Positions 36,743 through 48,815 of a DNA stretch of 64,000 nucleotides are shown here, in pieces. The notes under the pieces are model-generated. The model did no database searches. It was given only the letters and a program-made list of their open reading frames with translations, and was not told the origin of the DNA. How positions within the stretch are numbered: the first letter of the stretch is position 1; every line of letters begins with the position of its first letter. This DNA is from Guillardia theta CCMP2712 (Eukaryota > Protista > Cryptophyta), in assembly GCF_000315625.1 (NCBI RefSeq), contig NW_005434662.1, forward strand, positions 526,307 through 590,306. Reading direction: 5' to 3'. Both the position numbers and the translations under genes were made by a program.

Positions 36743-38376
36743 CTTTGATTCTGTTCAATCGTCCAAAAGGGGTAATGTAATCCAGGTTGATTGCTAGCTA
36801 AATGTCGCACGATTGAGTCTGCTATCGAAGCAACAGCGACATGAACCAGCAAACAAAGCTAAATGGTAACAAAGTGACAGCCTGGCTGTACCTATGGGAG
36901 GCAGTTGATGGCAAGCTAACAAGAATCAGAAGTGGATAAGAGGGGAGAGGGAGGGAGTGATGAGGCCAGAGAGGGAGAGGAGGTGGCTGAGAGGGGTCAG
37001 GACGGGAGAGCGCGTGGCAAGAGAGCGAGAACCAGAGGGAAGGCGATTGCGGGAGGTGCTGTGGAAGTGAAGGAGGGGTTAGGGGTCCTTTCAAATAGGT
37101 GGGGTGGGTCAACATAGAAACAATTTGAGGTGGGGTGGGTCGGTAGTTCTGTACCCTTTGATTCCAGATGGGGTACCATGACCCGGAGGGACGACCAAGT
37201 GTCGTGGAGTGAAGAAATTTCTCATAGGCCACATAGGAAAAAAACAGGAGAAAGTGAAGCTAGTCAAGAGGGTGAACAGAAGGTCGGGTGGAAACTACGG
37301 CGAGAGGGTACTGTCATCCTTTTGGGTAGTCTGGGAGGTAGGGGCTTGAGATGCTAGTTTTGGGGTAGGGGTGGGGGTTGTATGAACGAACAATCCGCGT
37401 ACTTTTGGGGAACGAGTGGTAAGACTACCCTACCACTTTCTCCGACTCAAGACAGTTTAAAGAGGGGGTAGGGGTCCACCAACATTCCTCAAGAAGGCAG
37501 GAGGCTGGACCCGTTTTTGCAAAAAACTCTGCCACGTTCCACCCCACCCCTCACTGTTCAGCTGACCCTACCCTGTGTCTCCGAGTGAAGCTTTCAGAAC
37601 GACGTGGTTAAGTGGGGGTAGGGTACCTCACCCCCTCGGATATGAACGAGGCTCACTGATGAACCCTACCACTACATTCTGGGGAGGACAAGAGATTCTG
37701 ATATGTACCCCCACCCCCTTTCTGAATATGAATCATACGGGTATTTCATGCGTCACCATCTCCATTTTTCCCCGGATAGTCTGCTCTGCGCCAACAGCTG
37801 CATTCCTCAGTTCGCACATTGTAAAAATTTAGTTGTGGTACAGTTTTAAAAGGTAATAAAATAGAATTTGGCACAGAATTTGCAACTCGAACAGTACTAT
37901 GCATGGTTTTACTAAGATAATTCATGGTACTAAACCAAAAACAAGGGTTCGTCTACGTACTATTTAAAATTATAATACCTTTTCCAATTCGTGACCTTCA
38001 AGTTCCCTTGGACGACTGGTTTTTTTTTCACCGTTCCCTTCACGGTTACGAGATCACACCCGCACTGCAGGCTCGGACTCCCACGGTTCCGCCGGCCCGG
38101 AAGGGCCCCGGGCCCGGTCCTGGTCTGGCCGGCGCCGGCGCCCGCCCCGGTGGAAGCCTGTGACGCAGCCCAGGCTGAGCCTGAGTCACGGTGTGACTCA
38201 GGCCCCACTGAGCGGGCGGTGGCTTTCTCTCGTCACGTGTGAATACGCCGAAAAACGGTAAACTTTCAAGTTGGCAAACTTACTTAGTTCGCGGCACTGC
38301 CGCAGTCACAGTCGGATACTATGATTTCACTGAGTCAGTACAGGCTGATCGGACAGTTGGGCGGCCCCCGGGCCGG

Positions 38377-41000
38377 CTAGGCCGAGCTAGTGCGACTCCC
38401 GACGGTAGGCGGCTTAGGGCGAAGGAGGATCTCAGGAGCAACTCGCACTGAGCCTCGGTAATTCTCAAAGCTGAGCTCGAGTTCAAGTGCGATGACGTCA
38501 TTGACCCCTTGCTTGAGGAAGCTTGCCGGCACATACAGGTCGTGCTGAGGGCCCATCTCCTCCCAGTACATCCCTAGGTTGATGCCGTTGAGCCAGAGGT
38601 ACCCCTGAGCGCATCACCGTCAGCTGCGGCGAGGACGGAAGGACGTGGTAACACTGCCACTGGAACACCGGGAGAGTCGGGATGGGAGAATCTCACCTTG
38701 CCGAGCTTACGGGTTGAGATGAAGGTGTCACCAATCTGATCTGGGCGCAATTTGAACTCGCCCATCAGAAACAAGGGAGCTCGCTCGCGTTCTTTGCCGC
38801 CGGCGCCTCCTGGCAGCGAGAGAGACTTCAAGTCAGGTTATCAGGCTGCACGAGGACAAGGTACTTGATCTGAGGGCGGCGCGCAGAGCTTCCAGCGGGA
38901 AAGGGTCCAACACGAGGGGGAGGTTGAGCCAATCGCCTTCGATTTCATCATCGCCGAAGAACACTGGTCCAAACAAGCCCTTGGAATCTGCAAAACGATC
39001 AAGATGCTTATGAGAGCGTTGGAGTTGCTGGTGCTCCGGTAAGCAGCGGCAAGGCTACCTGTGAGGAACTGTCCGTAGTTGACCCTTCCGAGGTTCTCTA
39101 CCAGGATGTCGAGCTGCTTGATGCCTTGGTCAGGCCCCACGAGGAGCGAGGCAACACTCGGGCCCTCCTCGTGCCGCGACATGACGGCAGCAAACTCGCG
39201 ATCCATGAAGACCTGAGCTCTGTCCTTGACTCTCCCGACGGTCAGATTCTTCTCTCCGTTCTCCCTGCTGTTCAAGGAGATCCCAGGGCGGCTGTAGAGG
39301 ACAAATCCGTAGTCGGCATTGATCAGCTCAAAGGGGAGAGGCCTCTGGGATGAGACTGCAATGCCGGAGACCTTGTCCAGGACATCCCAAAGGGACGATT
39401 TCCACGGCAGCTGCACGGTGCCCAGGTCCACAAGAGGGATTGCAGGCGGCTCAGGAGGAAGAGGCGTTCGAGAAAAGTTCCGCAGCAGAGACTGGAGCGC
39501 TTCAAACTTGTCCAGGTTGTCCGAGCCCACCCCATGCTCCCCACACTCAGATATCGGAGATGAGTAGTCGTAGGATGTGATGATGGACGCATACTGATAC
39601 GGACGTGAGTTGTCTAGAATGTTTGCTCCGCTCCAGAAACCGAAATTTGTCCCTCCGTGCACCATGTACATACTGAAAGAGAACCCTTGCTCTATCATGG
39701 TCCTGAGTGTAGTGACCGCTGCCCTTGTAGAGGTACGGGAGACGTTCGCTTGACCCCAAACGCTGTACCAACCTGGATAGTATTCTGAGCAGAACAGGGG
39801 TGCTAAACCTTTTGGGTTCATCTCCAGCTGAGCAAGCATAGCCTCTGTCACGTTGCCACTGGGGCCGAAGTCGCCAGCGCTGAGGACGACACTTCCATTC
39901 AACGATCCTCGTCGCATGCTGTTGATGTCCCCGAAGTCTGTCGTGTACAAGATGACCTGGAGCACGTGGTCACTGCTTGCAAGACAACTGGAGTGTGGAG
40001 CGAAGACCTGCGGTCCAAGAAGGCTTCTGCAGAGGTGGATCAGATGATTGAGATACTTTCGATCAGCTGCGATCTTCGAGACATCTCCATAGCTTCCGAA
40101 CTCGTTTTCAATCTGAATCATGATGACTGGACCACCGTGCTGGTATAGAAATCTCCGAAACCTGAAAGATCTTCAGCTGAACCTCGTCTTCTAGGTTGAG
40201 AAGGCACTTCGCCTGGGGAGAAGCATCTTCCACCAAATCTCCACCTCCTGGATGTAATTTGGCTCGTAGGTCCGCAGGACGAGCTCTTGATTCTTCAAGA
40301 GCCAAGAAGGGAATCCTCCGAATTCCCATTCAGCACCTGGGAAACAAAACAGCATCAGCAATGCTCCTCTCTCTCAATAGATGCGTCCGACATATGAAAG
40401 GGCCGGGTCTCAGGAGTACAAGCAAACCCAGCTCGTGGGCCAAGGCCATGAACTCTTCAACCTAGGAGAAAACTTCTCAAAATCTTCTACTTGATCGCCA
40501 TACTGTTGGCTGCTATACATTGTGTGACCCCGAGAATCTGTACTGTCGCTTCTTACTCTCGTGAAAATTCCAAGCAACCTAAAGTTCACGCACTCATGAA
40601 ACCTACTCACCAGAGAAATATCATCACATAAGTCTGGATCGCATTAAAGCCCAAGGCCTTGACTCGCTGCATTCGATCGCGCCAGTACCTGCACACGGAT
40701 CGTCATTTCGAATCGTTACATTGCAATGTTCCCCATTACGCTTTTGGGATTCGAAAGTAATGCAGTTCCCCAGCAAATATCTGGAATGGCTGACCATCTT
40801 TGTAAAACTTGTTATCCTTGATGGAAAAGCTCCTCTTCTGGTCTCCTGCCAGCTCCTAGGATGAAACTCAGATGGCAGATAGTCACTTTGTAGAAGCTCA
40901 CTGCATGGATCTCCCTGGACACAAGAGGGAAGCCATCGGCATGAAAATTGAAGATGCAAATCGCCACGAAAAACGTGACCAAGGGGCGCAATACAGCCAT
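38377..41000 (-). CDS. Beta-galactosidase, glycoside hydrolase family 35, with signal peptide; multi-exon
   Basis: IQIENEFGSYG (acid/base), SEYYPGW (nucleophile), YMVHGGTNFG, TSYDYSSPISE, LDILVENLGRVNYG, GPQHDLYVP. Confidence 0.93.
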
Positions 41001-42290
41001 TCGTGGAGAAACCCACCAAGGAGTTCCAATGACTCCCCGTTCTGACCTTCAGTCCTGACCTTCAGTCTGTACAAAGTAGACTATAAATAGCAGTGTGTAA
41101 AACCAAACATGAAATATACACCACAGTTGTTGACATTTCAACTATTGAGGATCAATACAACTATATAATGCTTTCTTCCCCGACTTCCATCAGGCTATGC
41201 TAGATGGCATCGAACACTAAAGACCGCAAATTCAGCAATAGAAAGCATATCAGCACGGACCCTAACTAGCTATACGTCTAGCCACACGTGTAAATCGCCT
41301 CCTGCGACATAACTGAACAGCACATTGCAGTAATTTGAAAGGCAATGCCCTTTGAAAGGCAGATCGAAACGCAACCCTTACTTCTTCAATGGTACATAGA
41401 GCGATATTGTTGTCCCTCTACTCTCTATCGATCCCCTCTTTCACGTGCACACCATACAAGAATGATATCACTTCTCAGGCACCATTGTCAGCTAGAAAGG
41501 CATCGCTGTATCCGCGCCATCCCTGTTCCAACCTGGTTCCGTCGCTCGGACATTTTTGTTGTGCCGCTCCGACAAAAGTCTCATCAGGAAGAACTACTCT
41601 GAGGCGCACCTGATTTCCATTATTCCAATTTCACATTTGGTCCTGTGACTCTGAAATCTACTGCATTCGTACCCTGATTTTGCTTTAAGTACCCTACATT
41701 TGTATTGATTAAGTACCGGTATGAGGTCTCAAAAAGGAAACTATGGTAAGGTGGTGCCAAATTTACCGAGAAATTCAGACCTTACCTCAACTCGTTCCGG
41801 CGACAGCTGTCCAGGCAATGCAGGCGCCGCAGCTACCGACCTCGTAAGTCATCCATGGGCTCTGCCAGCAGTTTCTCTGCTTCTCATGTCCTCAATCCTC
41901 ATCCTACTCATCTCCCATTATCTTTATAGTGCCCCAGCTTGTCTTTCTTCTCCAATGACGGCATATTCCACTTTCAGCATTCCACCCTCCCATTCCAGCG
42001 CTTCTTTGCCTAAGAATGCTGCCAAATTCTTCCACTTCATTGTACATGGATATCCTCTTCATGTCCCTTGAATGTTCTCTGTAATGAAGATGTCTTTGAG
42101 TTACTGTCACTTACTATATCCTCTATTTCTGCCTGTATGAATTGTCCGGATTTCAAATCTGATTTTCACTGCCCACCAACTCCAGCAGTTTTCTGCTCTT
42201 TTCTTTGTTCAATGGTGTCTCTTGTTTTCATTCAATAGAGTTTTGTCCATTCGTCTACAATCCCCGCATCGCTAAAATCCTCATTAGCCA

Positions 42291-43256
42291 GGTGGAACAA
42301 CCGAAGGAAAGTCGCTTTTCGCCATACCAAAACAACGGAGGGTAAGAGATTGGTTTTCGGGGTGGGAATTTGAATTGACCCTGGTCTAGCACTTGCTTGG
42401 CACTTGCTGGTGCGGACTTCTGTATCATAGCAGCAGATTCGAGGTTGAGTCTTGGCTACTCTATCCTTTCTCGGAATACTCCCAAAGTTGCTCAGCTGAC
42501 AACAAAGTACGTTGTTTCCCCGAATGTCGAATCAGTGTCTGATCCGATTTCATCTGCCAGAACATGCATCGCATCAAGTGGTTGCAACGCGGACATGGTT
42601 ACACTTCAGAAATATCTCAAGTTTAAGATTCAGATGTATCTTCATCAACATGGAAAGGTTATCTTCAAATAGCTCTTGACAATGTATATGGCGCGTTGAC
42701 AGCGGTTTTACACAGGAGATGTCAACTCCAGCCGTTGCACAAATGCTTGCCACAACCTTGTATCATCGTCGATTCTTCCCGTGAGCTGATGAGAGTTTCA
42801 TGCAGCTTGTAATGATGTTGCAGCTACTATACTTTCAATATCGTCGGAGGGCTGGACCAGAATGGAGAGGGCTGTGTGTTTAGCTACGATGCGATCGGTT
42901 GTTTCGAACGCTTGAAGTACACGGTAGACTTTGTCATCCATGCTAGGCGTTATGGGAATGACAGAAATTTGCAAGGTTTCGGGAAGTGGTCATGCATTGA
43001 TTGAACCGTTCTTGGACAACTTGGTCGCCTACAAGAACACAGATAACAAACCAACTATTGAGAGGTAATTTTTTTTGTTGAAACTTTATTGTTCTAAAGC
43101 TCATGAATTAGGTCCTGTGATGAAACTTTAGAGCTTGTGAAGGACATTTTCTCCTCGGCGGGAGAACGTGACATTTACACGGGGGATTTTGTTGACATTT
43201 ACATCATTGACAAGAATGGCACTAGATACGAGCAGTTTCCTCTCAAGAAGGATTAG
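42291..43256 (+). CDS. PSMB1: 20S proteasome subunit beta type-1 (beta-6/Pre7); multi-exon. The initiator ATG is on an upstream micro-exon (candidates 42212 or 41743).
   Basis: RFSPYQNNGG, AGADFCIIAADSRLS, LYHRRFFPYY, ERDIYTGD, FPLKKD*. Confidence 0.93.
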
Positions 43257-43840
43257 ATTGATTTCTTGCTTGATTTAGCTGTGATTGAGATCTGGTTGGA
43301 TTTAAAAGCAGAGAGGAATGTAGGCTTGTGATAGACATGAATATTAAAATTTGGAAGAACATTGTTGAACCATGAAGTTTGCTTATCATCAATTTCATTT
43401 GGAATGTCCTACTCAGGCTAGCATAACTTTCCTTATGACAGTATGCTTACTTATCAGAGACGGCAAAGTTGGGCTGAACGGAGTACTGTCCGAATGCTCC
43501 ACGGTAATCGCCGACGGAACCCTGCGGTCAGGACAGTGAGATGCAAGACAGGAAGGATGAAGACATCACGTTGTCGCTGGCAGAACCATCACCAAGATCG
43601 ACTACTCCTCCAAAGGCGATCTCAGACTTCTTGGGGGCAGGAGCAGCGAGGGCAGAGAATTCACGGATGTCAGAAAACATTTTCAGAAGCCTAGCAAAGT
43701 CATGATCAGTTTCTTACACAACGGGAGAAATGCGGAAAGAGCTTTGTTGAACATTTATAAGATTTGTGTGCAAAGCTGGAAATGGAAGAAGCTGCAACTT
43801 CTCCATCCGATGAAAATAGCGGCGTCTCAGTTTGTCACTG

Positions 43841-44019
43841 ATACAACTGATTGAACAGGACTGTGCTCGGGTGAATGGTCAAAAAATACAAGTGATTGAA
43901 CAGGACTGTGAACGGGTGAATGGTCAAAAAATACAAGTGATTGAACAGGACTGTGAACGGGTGAATGGTCAAAAAATACAAGTGATTGAACAGGACTGTG
44001 AACGGGTGAATGGTCAAAA
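43841..44019. repeat. 45-bp minisatellite, 4 copies
   Basis: Unit atacaagtgattgaacaggactgtgaacgggtgaatggtcaaaaa at 43841, 43886, 43931 and 43976. Confidence 0.95.
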
Positions 44020-44739
44020 CCATGAGCTCCCCCAATCGAAACCACTCATAGCTCATCTGCGTACAACGGTATCTCCTTCATGGATTGCTGAGGTTTCGAA
44101 TTCTCTCATCTTCACCGATCAGACTCCCTATTCCTGTCTCCTACCAACACATCGTGTTTCGCAGGGGTTATTGGAAGTACCCTCATGCTGCTTCTCTCTA
44201 CAGCTCATCCCCCTCTGCTCTCGTCTCGACCGCGCTCCATGCGCAGAAATAGAACCGTCAAGGTCAATGGTAAAGTTTGAAACTTTCCTCCAAAACTTGA
44301 CTACGCCAAATATCAAACTTGAAAATTTCTCAAGTTCAACCCGGGACCCCCCGGGCGGTGAATCATCATGGCACGCAGGTTCAGTGCGGCATGCGGCGCC
44401 AGCCTCGGAGTGTCAGGACCGACCGTCCGACGGCGGGGGCGGCCCGCGAGTCTGCCCCGGTTGGCCGCGCCGGCGGCGGCAGCTTCAGCATTGCCAGTGA
44501 GGGCCGCTGCCAGGAGTGGCCCGTAGACGCCAATTTAATGGCTTCGTGGACTTGCTTTAGCCATATGTATGAGTCATTCGCTGGCTAATACCCTGGCCGA
44601 TTCTGAGTTATCAGCCCCCCGCACTGTCACTAAGATCCCAGCCTAAGTGAGCTATGATCAGTGCCCGGGCTGAGCTGCTAATATTTATACTAGACTGAGT
44701 CTCCATTGACGACAAACGTCATCCCCTTTGTTTCTGCCC

Positions 44740-47700
44740 AACACCCGTAAGGTCAGCAGGAAAGAGACAGGCCGACAGACGGTAATCTCACCGAGGTAGT
44801 GCCTGGCGTGTTGGAGGAAGGGAGCCATGTCGTGGTTGGAGATGGGCAGGAGGCCGATACCGACAGCACGGATGATCTCTCTCCTGACCTCGTTGAGCAG
44901 AGGCCCGGGCAGTATCCCGTACTGGAAGCAAATCTGCCGCCCACACTGTCAACCCCCAGGAGTTCAACAGTCGACCGCCGGCTGACCTCGTTCATGGTGC
45001 CTTTGGGGTAAACGGCACCGGAGGCCTTGACCTTCTGCTTCAGGACGTTCTGGATCAGAGACGCTCTGTCCTGTCTGCTCTTCGCGGTCGGGGATGCAGC
45101 TTCCCTGTCTCCTCTCCACCGATGCGCGTCGTTGACTTGGGATGAGCTGCCGCAGGAGTGAAGAGAAGAACCGGGGAGGAGGACTGAAGAGGAGGAGGAG
45201 GAGGAGCTGAAGAGGAGGACTGAGAAGGAGGGCTGAGGAGGAGGACTCGTGGGGAGGACTCAGCAAGAGAGCTGAGCTGGAGAACAACATTGGTACGAGA
45301 TGACAGGGCACCTTAGCTGGACTTGAGAGTGAATGTAGTTTAACAACCGGCTCATGTTGTTGACTCCTGCATGCAATAGGACGGCGTCGGAGAACCTTCC
45401 GAGACTCCCTGGCGGAACATGAAGTGACTCTCCTCTCCTCCTCGTCTGCTGGGGATCTCACCATAGAAAACCTTGAACTCAGCATCTCCCCTGCCGCCCT
45501 CTCTGAACATGGCTGCCACGTGCGGATACACCACTCGCTGCTTGTATTCCAGAGACTTTTCCGCTACATCCTCAGGCACCTCCGCCTTGAATCGTTCCCT
45601 GCGTTGCTGGTGTCAGAGGAGGAGGAGGAGGAGAGCTCGAGTCGACTTTCTCTCATCCCACAGGGACATGTTGGTTAGGATAAGCCCCGAGCCTGGGGCA
45701 AGAGGACAAGGCAGGCGATAATCTCCCTGCAACGCCTTGGGCTGAAGTTAAACAGGATAGCAGCAGGGACAAAGAGAGGAGGGAGAGGAGGAGGATGAGG
45801 AGGATGAGGATGAGGAGACTGGAAAGAAAGATAAGTTAGGCTGCCAAGTCAGACCATATCGAGATAGAGCTCTGGGATAGAGCCGTGAAGAACTGCGAGG
45901 CAGGTTCCGATCTGATCACATACAAGTCAGGAAGCATCCAGCAGCTGCAAGCATCATCTCGCTACCATCTTGCGGATCTGATGCAGCATGAAGCTGTTTG
46001 CGCAGATCTCAATCTTCACGAAAGAGGCTGAGGCGTTTCCCTGATACAAAGGTATCGCTGTCAGGGGCAAGAAGAGAAGGGAATGACGAGGAAATCATCA
46101 CGTCGTCAAAGTGTAAAGTGATTGGCTCGGCGTGACAACGATAAACGACTCGTTTCGAGTCGACAATGGATCTGTTAACACAACTCAAATTCAGTCAAGG
46201 GCAGGAATATGTCGGGTACCTCTTAGGAAACTTTTTCGCACGCCAAAAGTCCAGATTTTCGTCACTGGTGTTCGATTGGGAAGGAACCTGATCAGGAGTA
46301 GGTGCAGCAGGAGCTGCACACTTGAATCAACTTCGACGGGTGCAGCAAAGTTACAAGCCTGCTTCATCGTTGATATCCATGGCACCCTCCTTCGTCGAGG
46401 CGTTCTCTGCCATCGAAATGTTTGCACCAGGTTCGTCGACTTCCATCGCCCCTTCAGATTCCATCTTGACATCTTGGTCTGCGTTGAGATTGACATCTGT
46501 CGTTGGAAACATTCTCATCCTTGAATGATTCTTCTGCATCAGCATGTGTCAGGATTCTCCTGCTAGTTGAATCGATGCACCGTTTGGAACAGAGAATCGG
46601 ACACGCTGTCCCTTCCACAGAAGTTGATGAAGAATTTGTTGCCGGAGAATTTCTTCAACAAGCTGTTGAGTTTGTCCACCTTCTGATCGATGTCAGCAGT
46701 CTGAACATTCAACATTTCCGAGCAAACAAAAGTTATTCCTCCAAGGCTTGCAGCGTGGCTCGACCAAGGGAAAGCAGCAAGTGAGGAGGGCGAGGATGCG
46801 ATGATGGGTGATCAAGGTGCAGTACAAGTGGCGATGGGGCCCAAGAAGCAGCGGGGAAGGATACCTCCGCCCCGAGAAGACAGGAAGGCAGAAGATACTC
46901 GTAGGTTCGCAGGGAGCAGATGTTGCGAGCTATTCAGCTTGTCAGTCTTCCCCTACCTCCTCTCCATCCCTCACCTCTACAGCGTTTTGGAGCTCGAAGA
47001 ACAGCAAGGATCCTTACCGCTCCTCCTCTTTTTTCGCTGATTTCATTCAGCGCCTTCACCTCCTGAAGCCGGGGGAGTGAGATAGTACTGAGAGCCTGTC
47101 ATTGCTTTCACCTCCACGTGAACTCCGTCGGCCTCATCATGGCCAGTTGAGCGATTCAGCTGCAGCTTCATCGAGATGACATTCAACGCTTTAAATCTGT
47201 CATGTTGGCGAAGAGGAGAGAGGAGGGAGGGAGGGATGGATGGATGGAGGGAGGGAGGGAGGGAGGGAGGGATGGAGGGAGGGAGGAGACAACCTGCGTG
47301 CACGCCCTTATCTGTGCGACTTGCCCGGCTCAGGCACCTAGTCTAGAGTAAGGGGACGAGGAGGGAGGGAGAGCAACGAGTTACAGTTGTTTTGGGTTCT
47401 CCGGGTTCAACACGGCGATCAATCCAGCCTGGTGACACACCTGTAGGCCCAAGATGAGAGGAGAGGCTACGGGAGACTCGTCCAGCACCTCCATGAGCTC
47501 TTGCTCCACTGTTGGATGCGCAAAGCCGCGGGTCCCATCCGTCTCCCCTGTGTCCTCACTGACATCATCAGGCATCTCGCCGGAGGGTTGGTCTCTTCTC
47601 TTCACTGTCGATCGTGGCTTGAGCTGGATCTGAGATCCGCAGAACTTGGTCCCGAGGTAACCCACCAGAATCAAGCTGTTGAGCCTTTTCAACTTGTGTG

Positions 47701-48584
47701 ACCGGTAGCTCGTCCCCCCCTGCCCTGCGGCCTTTGGAACTTCATCCCGCAGCGTCTCAGCCTGCCCTTGTGCATCCATCGTCTCAACTCCATTCCCGTG
47801 CGTGGAAGTTTGACCTGAAGATCATCGAGTCACCGGATCCCTTCCTCTTCGCGGCATTCCAACCGCAGGTGAAGAAGCTTCTTATGCCACTGAGAGACTG
47901 GAGCAAAGAAGAAAAGATGGAGCTCGGTTTCTCTTGAACATCCTTCCTCACAACCGGAGCATGTGGCCGTCTTGATCGCGTTCCTCCTCGCAGACGCATC
48001 TGGCAGGCATGAGTCAGTCCTGACACCACCTTCACCATCCCCTCGTGGGCGCTCGAACCGAAGCTGCATCCGTCCTCGCTGCGGTCTCGTTGCTTTCCTC
48101 CTTCCCCAACGTCTGGTTCTCCTGCCCTCGGACATGCTTGTGCTCTTCAGCAGCCCCTTGCAACGTGTCAGGGCAACGTTGCTGCGAAAAGAAAATCACC
48201 AGAGGTCGCGTTGTCATGCTTTAAACTCTTGTGCAGCTCAGAGTCGACAGAGGATATCACACCATGAGCACAGAACCGCTCAAAGTCCTTCTGTATGCTC
48301 TTATCCTTGAAAAAGATTTGGCTGCTGTCAAAACTCTCGTCCTCCCCAGATTCTTCGTCCTCACACGTCATGTATGAGCTAGATCCTCCACGAAGTCGGA
48401 GATTGGAGTGGTGTACATGAGTAGAGCGGAGGTAGATGGAACATCCGGCTTGCGTAATGAGCTTTCCTTGGGTCGCTGTCTGAGGAATTGAGGAGAGAAA
48501 GACAAGCAGCCATGCCAGATATGCGCCAACATGCTGACGTGAACGTGCCTTGCGCCCCTCCGTTCCTTTCCCGCTCACTCGCAT
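44740..48584 (-). CDS. PUS1: tRNA pseudouridine synthase TruA/Pus1 family with N-terminal presequence; multi-exon, ends approximate, 5' exons might belong to a separate gene
   Basis: LVGYLGTKFCGSQ, PTVEQEL and the catalytic SRASRTDKGVHA (about 47297-47338). Confidence 0.78.
47221..47287. repeat. (GGAG/GGAT)n intronic simple repeat
   Basis: Direct read. Confidence 0.85.
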
Positions 48585-48657
48585 GCTTGAATATCACCCC
48601 TTGGTGTTCACTCCCGACCTATACCGTCCACTCGTCTTGTCCCCATACCATCTCTCC

Positions 48658-48720
48658 TTCTTCCTCTTCCTCTTCCTCTTCCTCTTCCTCTTCCTCTTCC
48701 TCTTCCTCTTCCTCTTCCTC
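48658..48720. repeat. (TTCCTC)n hexamer microsatellite between divergent genes
   Basis: Direct read, about 10 copies. Confidence 0.92.
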
Positions 48721-48815
48721 TGCCTCGTGCGCTAGATGAGCATCGCCTGCCAAGGGTCTTATTGAGTGTCCTACGTTTTTCCCACCGTGTGGGGTAAACA
48801 CACAAAGACGCTTTC

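Noticed and set aside
37070-37720. Interstitial telomere array
   Set aside because: The GGGTAGGG words are dispersed and in both orientations, not a tandem telomeric repeat.
43841-44019. Possible CRISPR array
   Set aside because: The units are contiguous with no unique spacers, the context is eukaryotic, and there are no cas genes.
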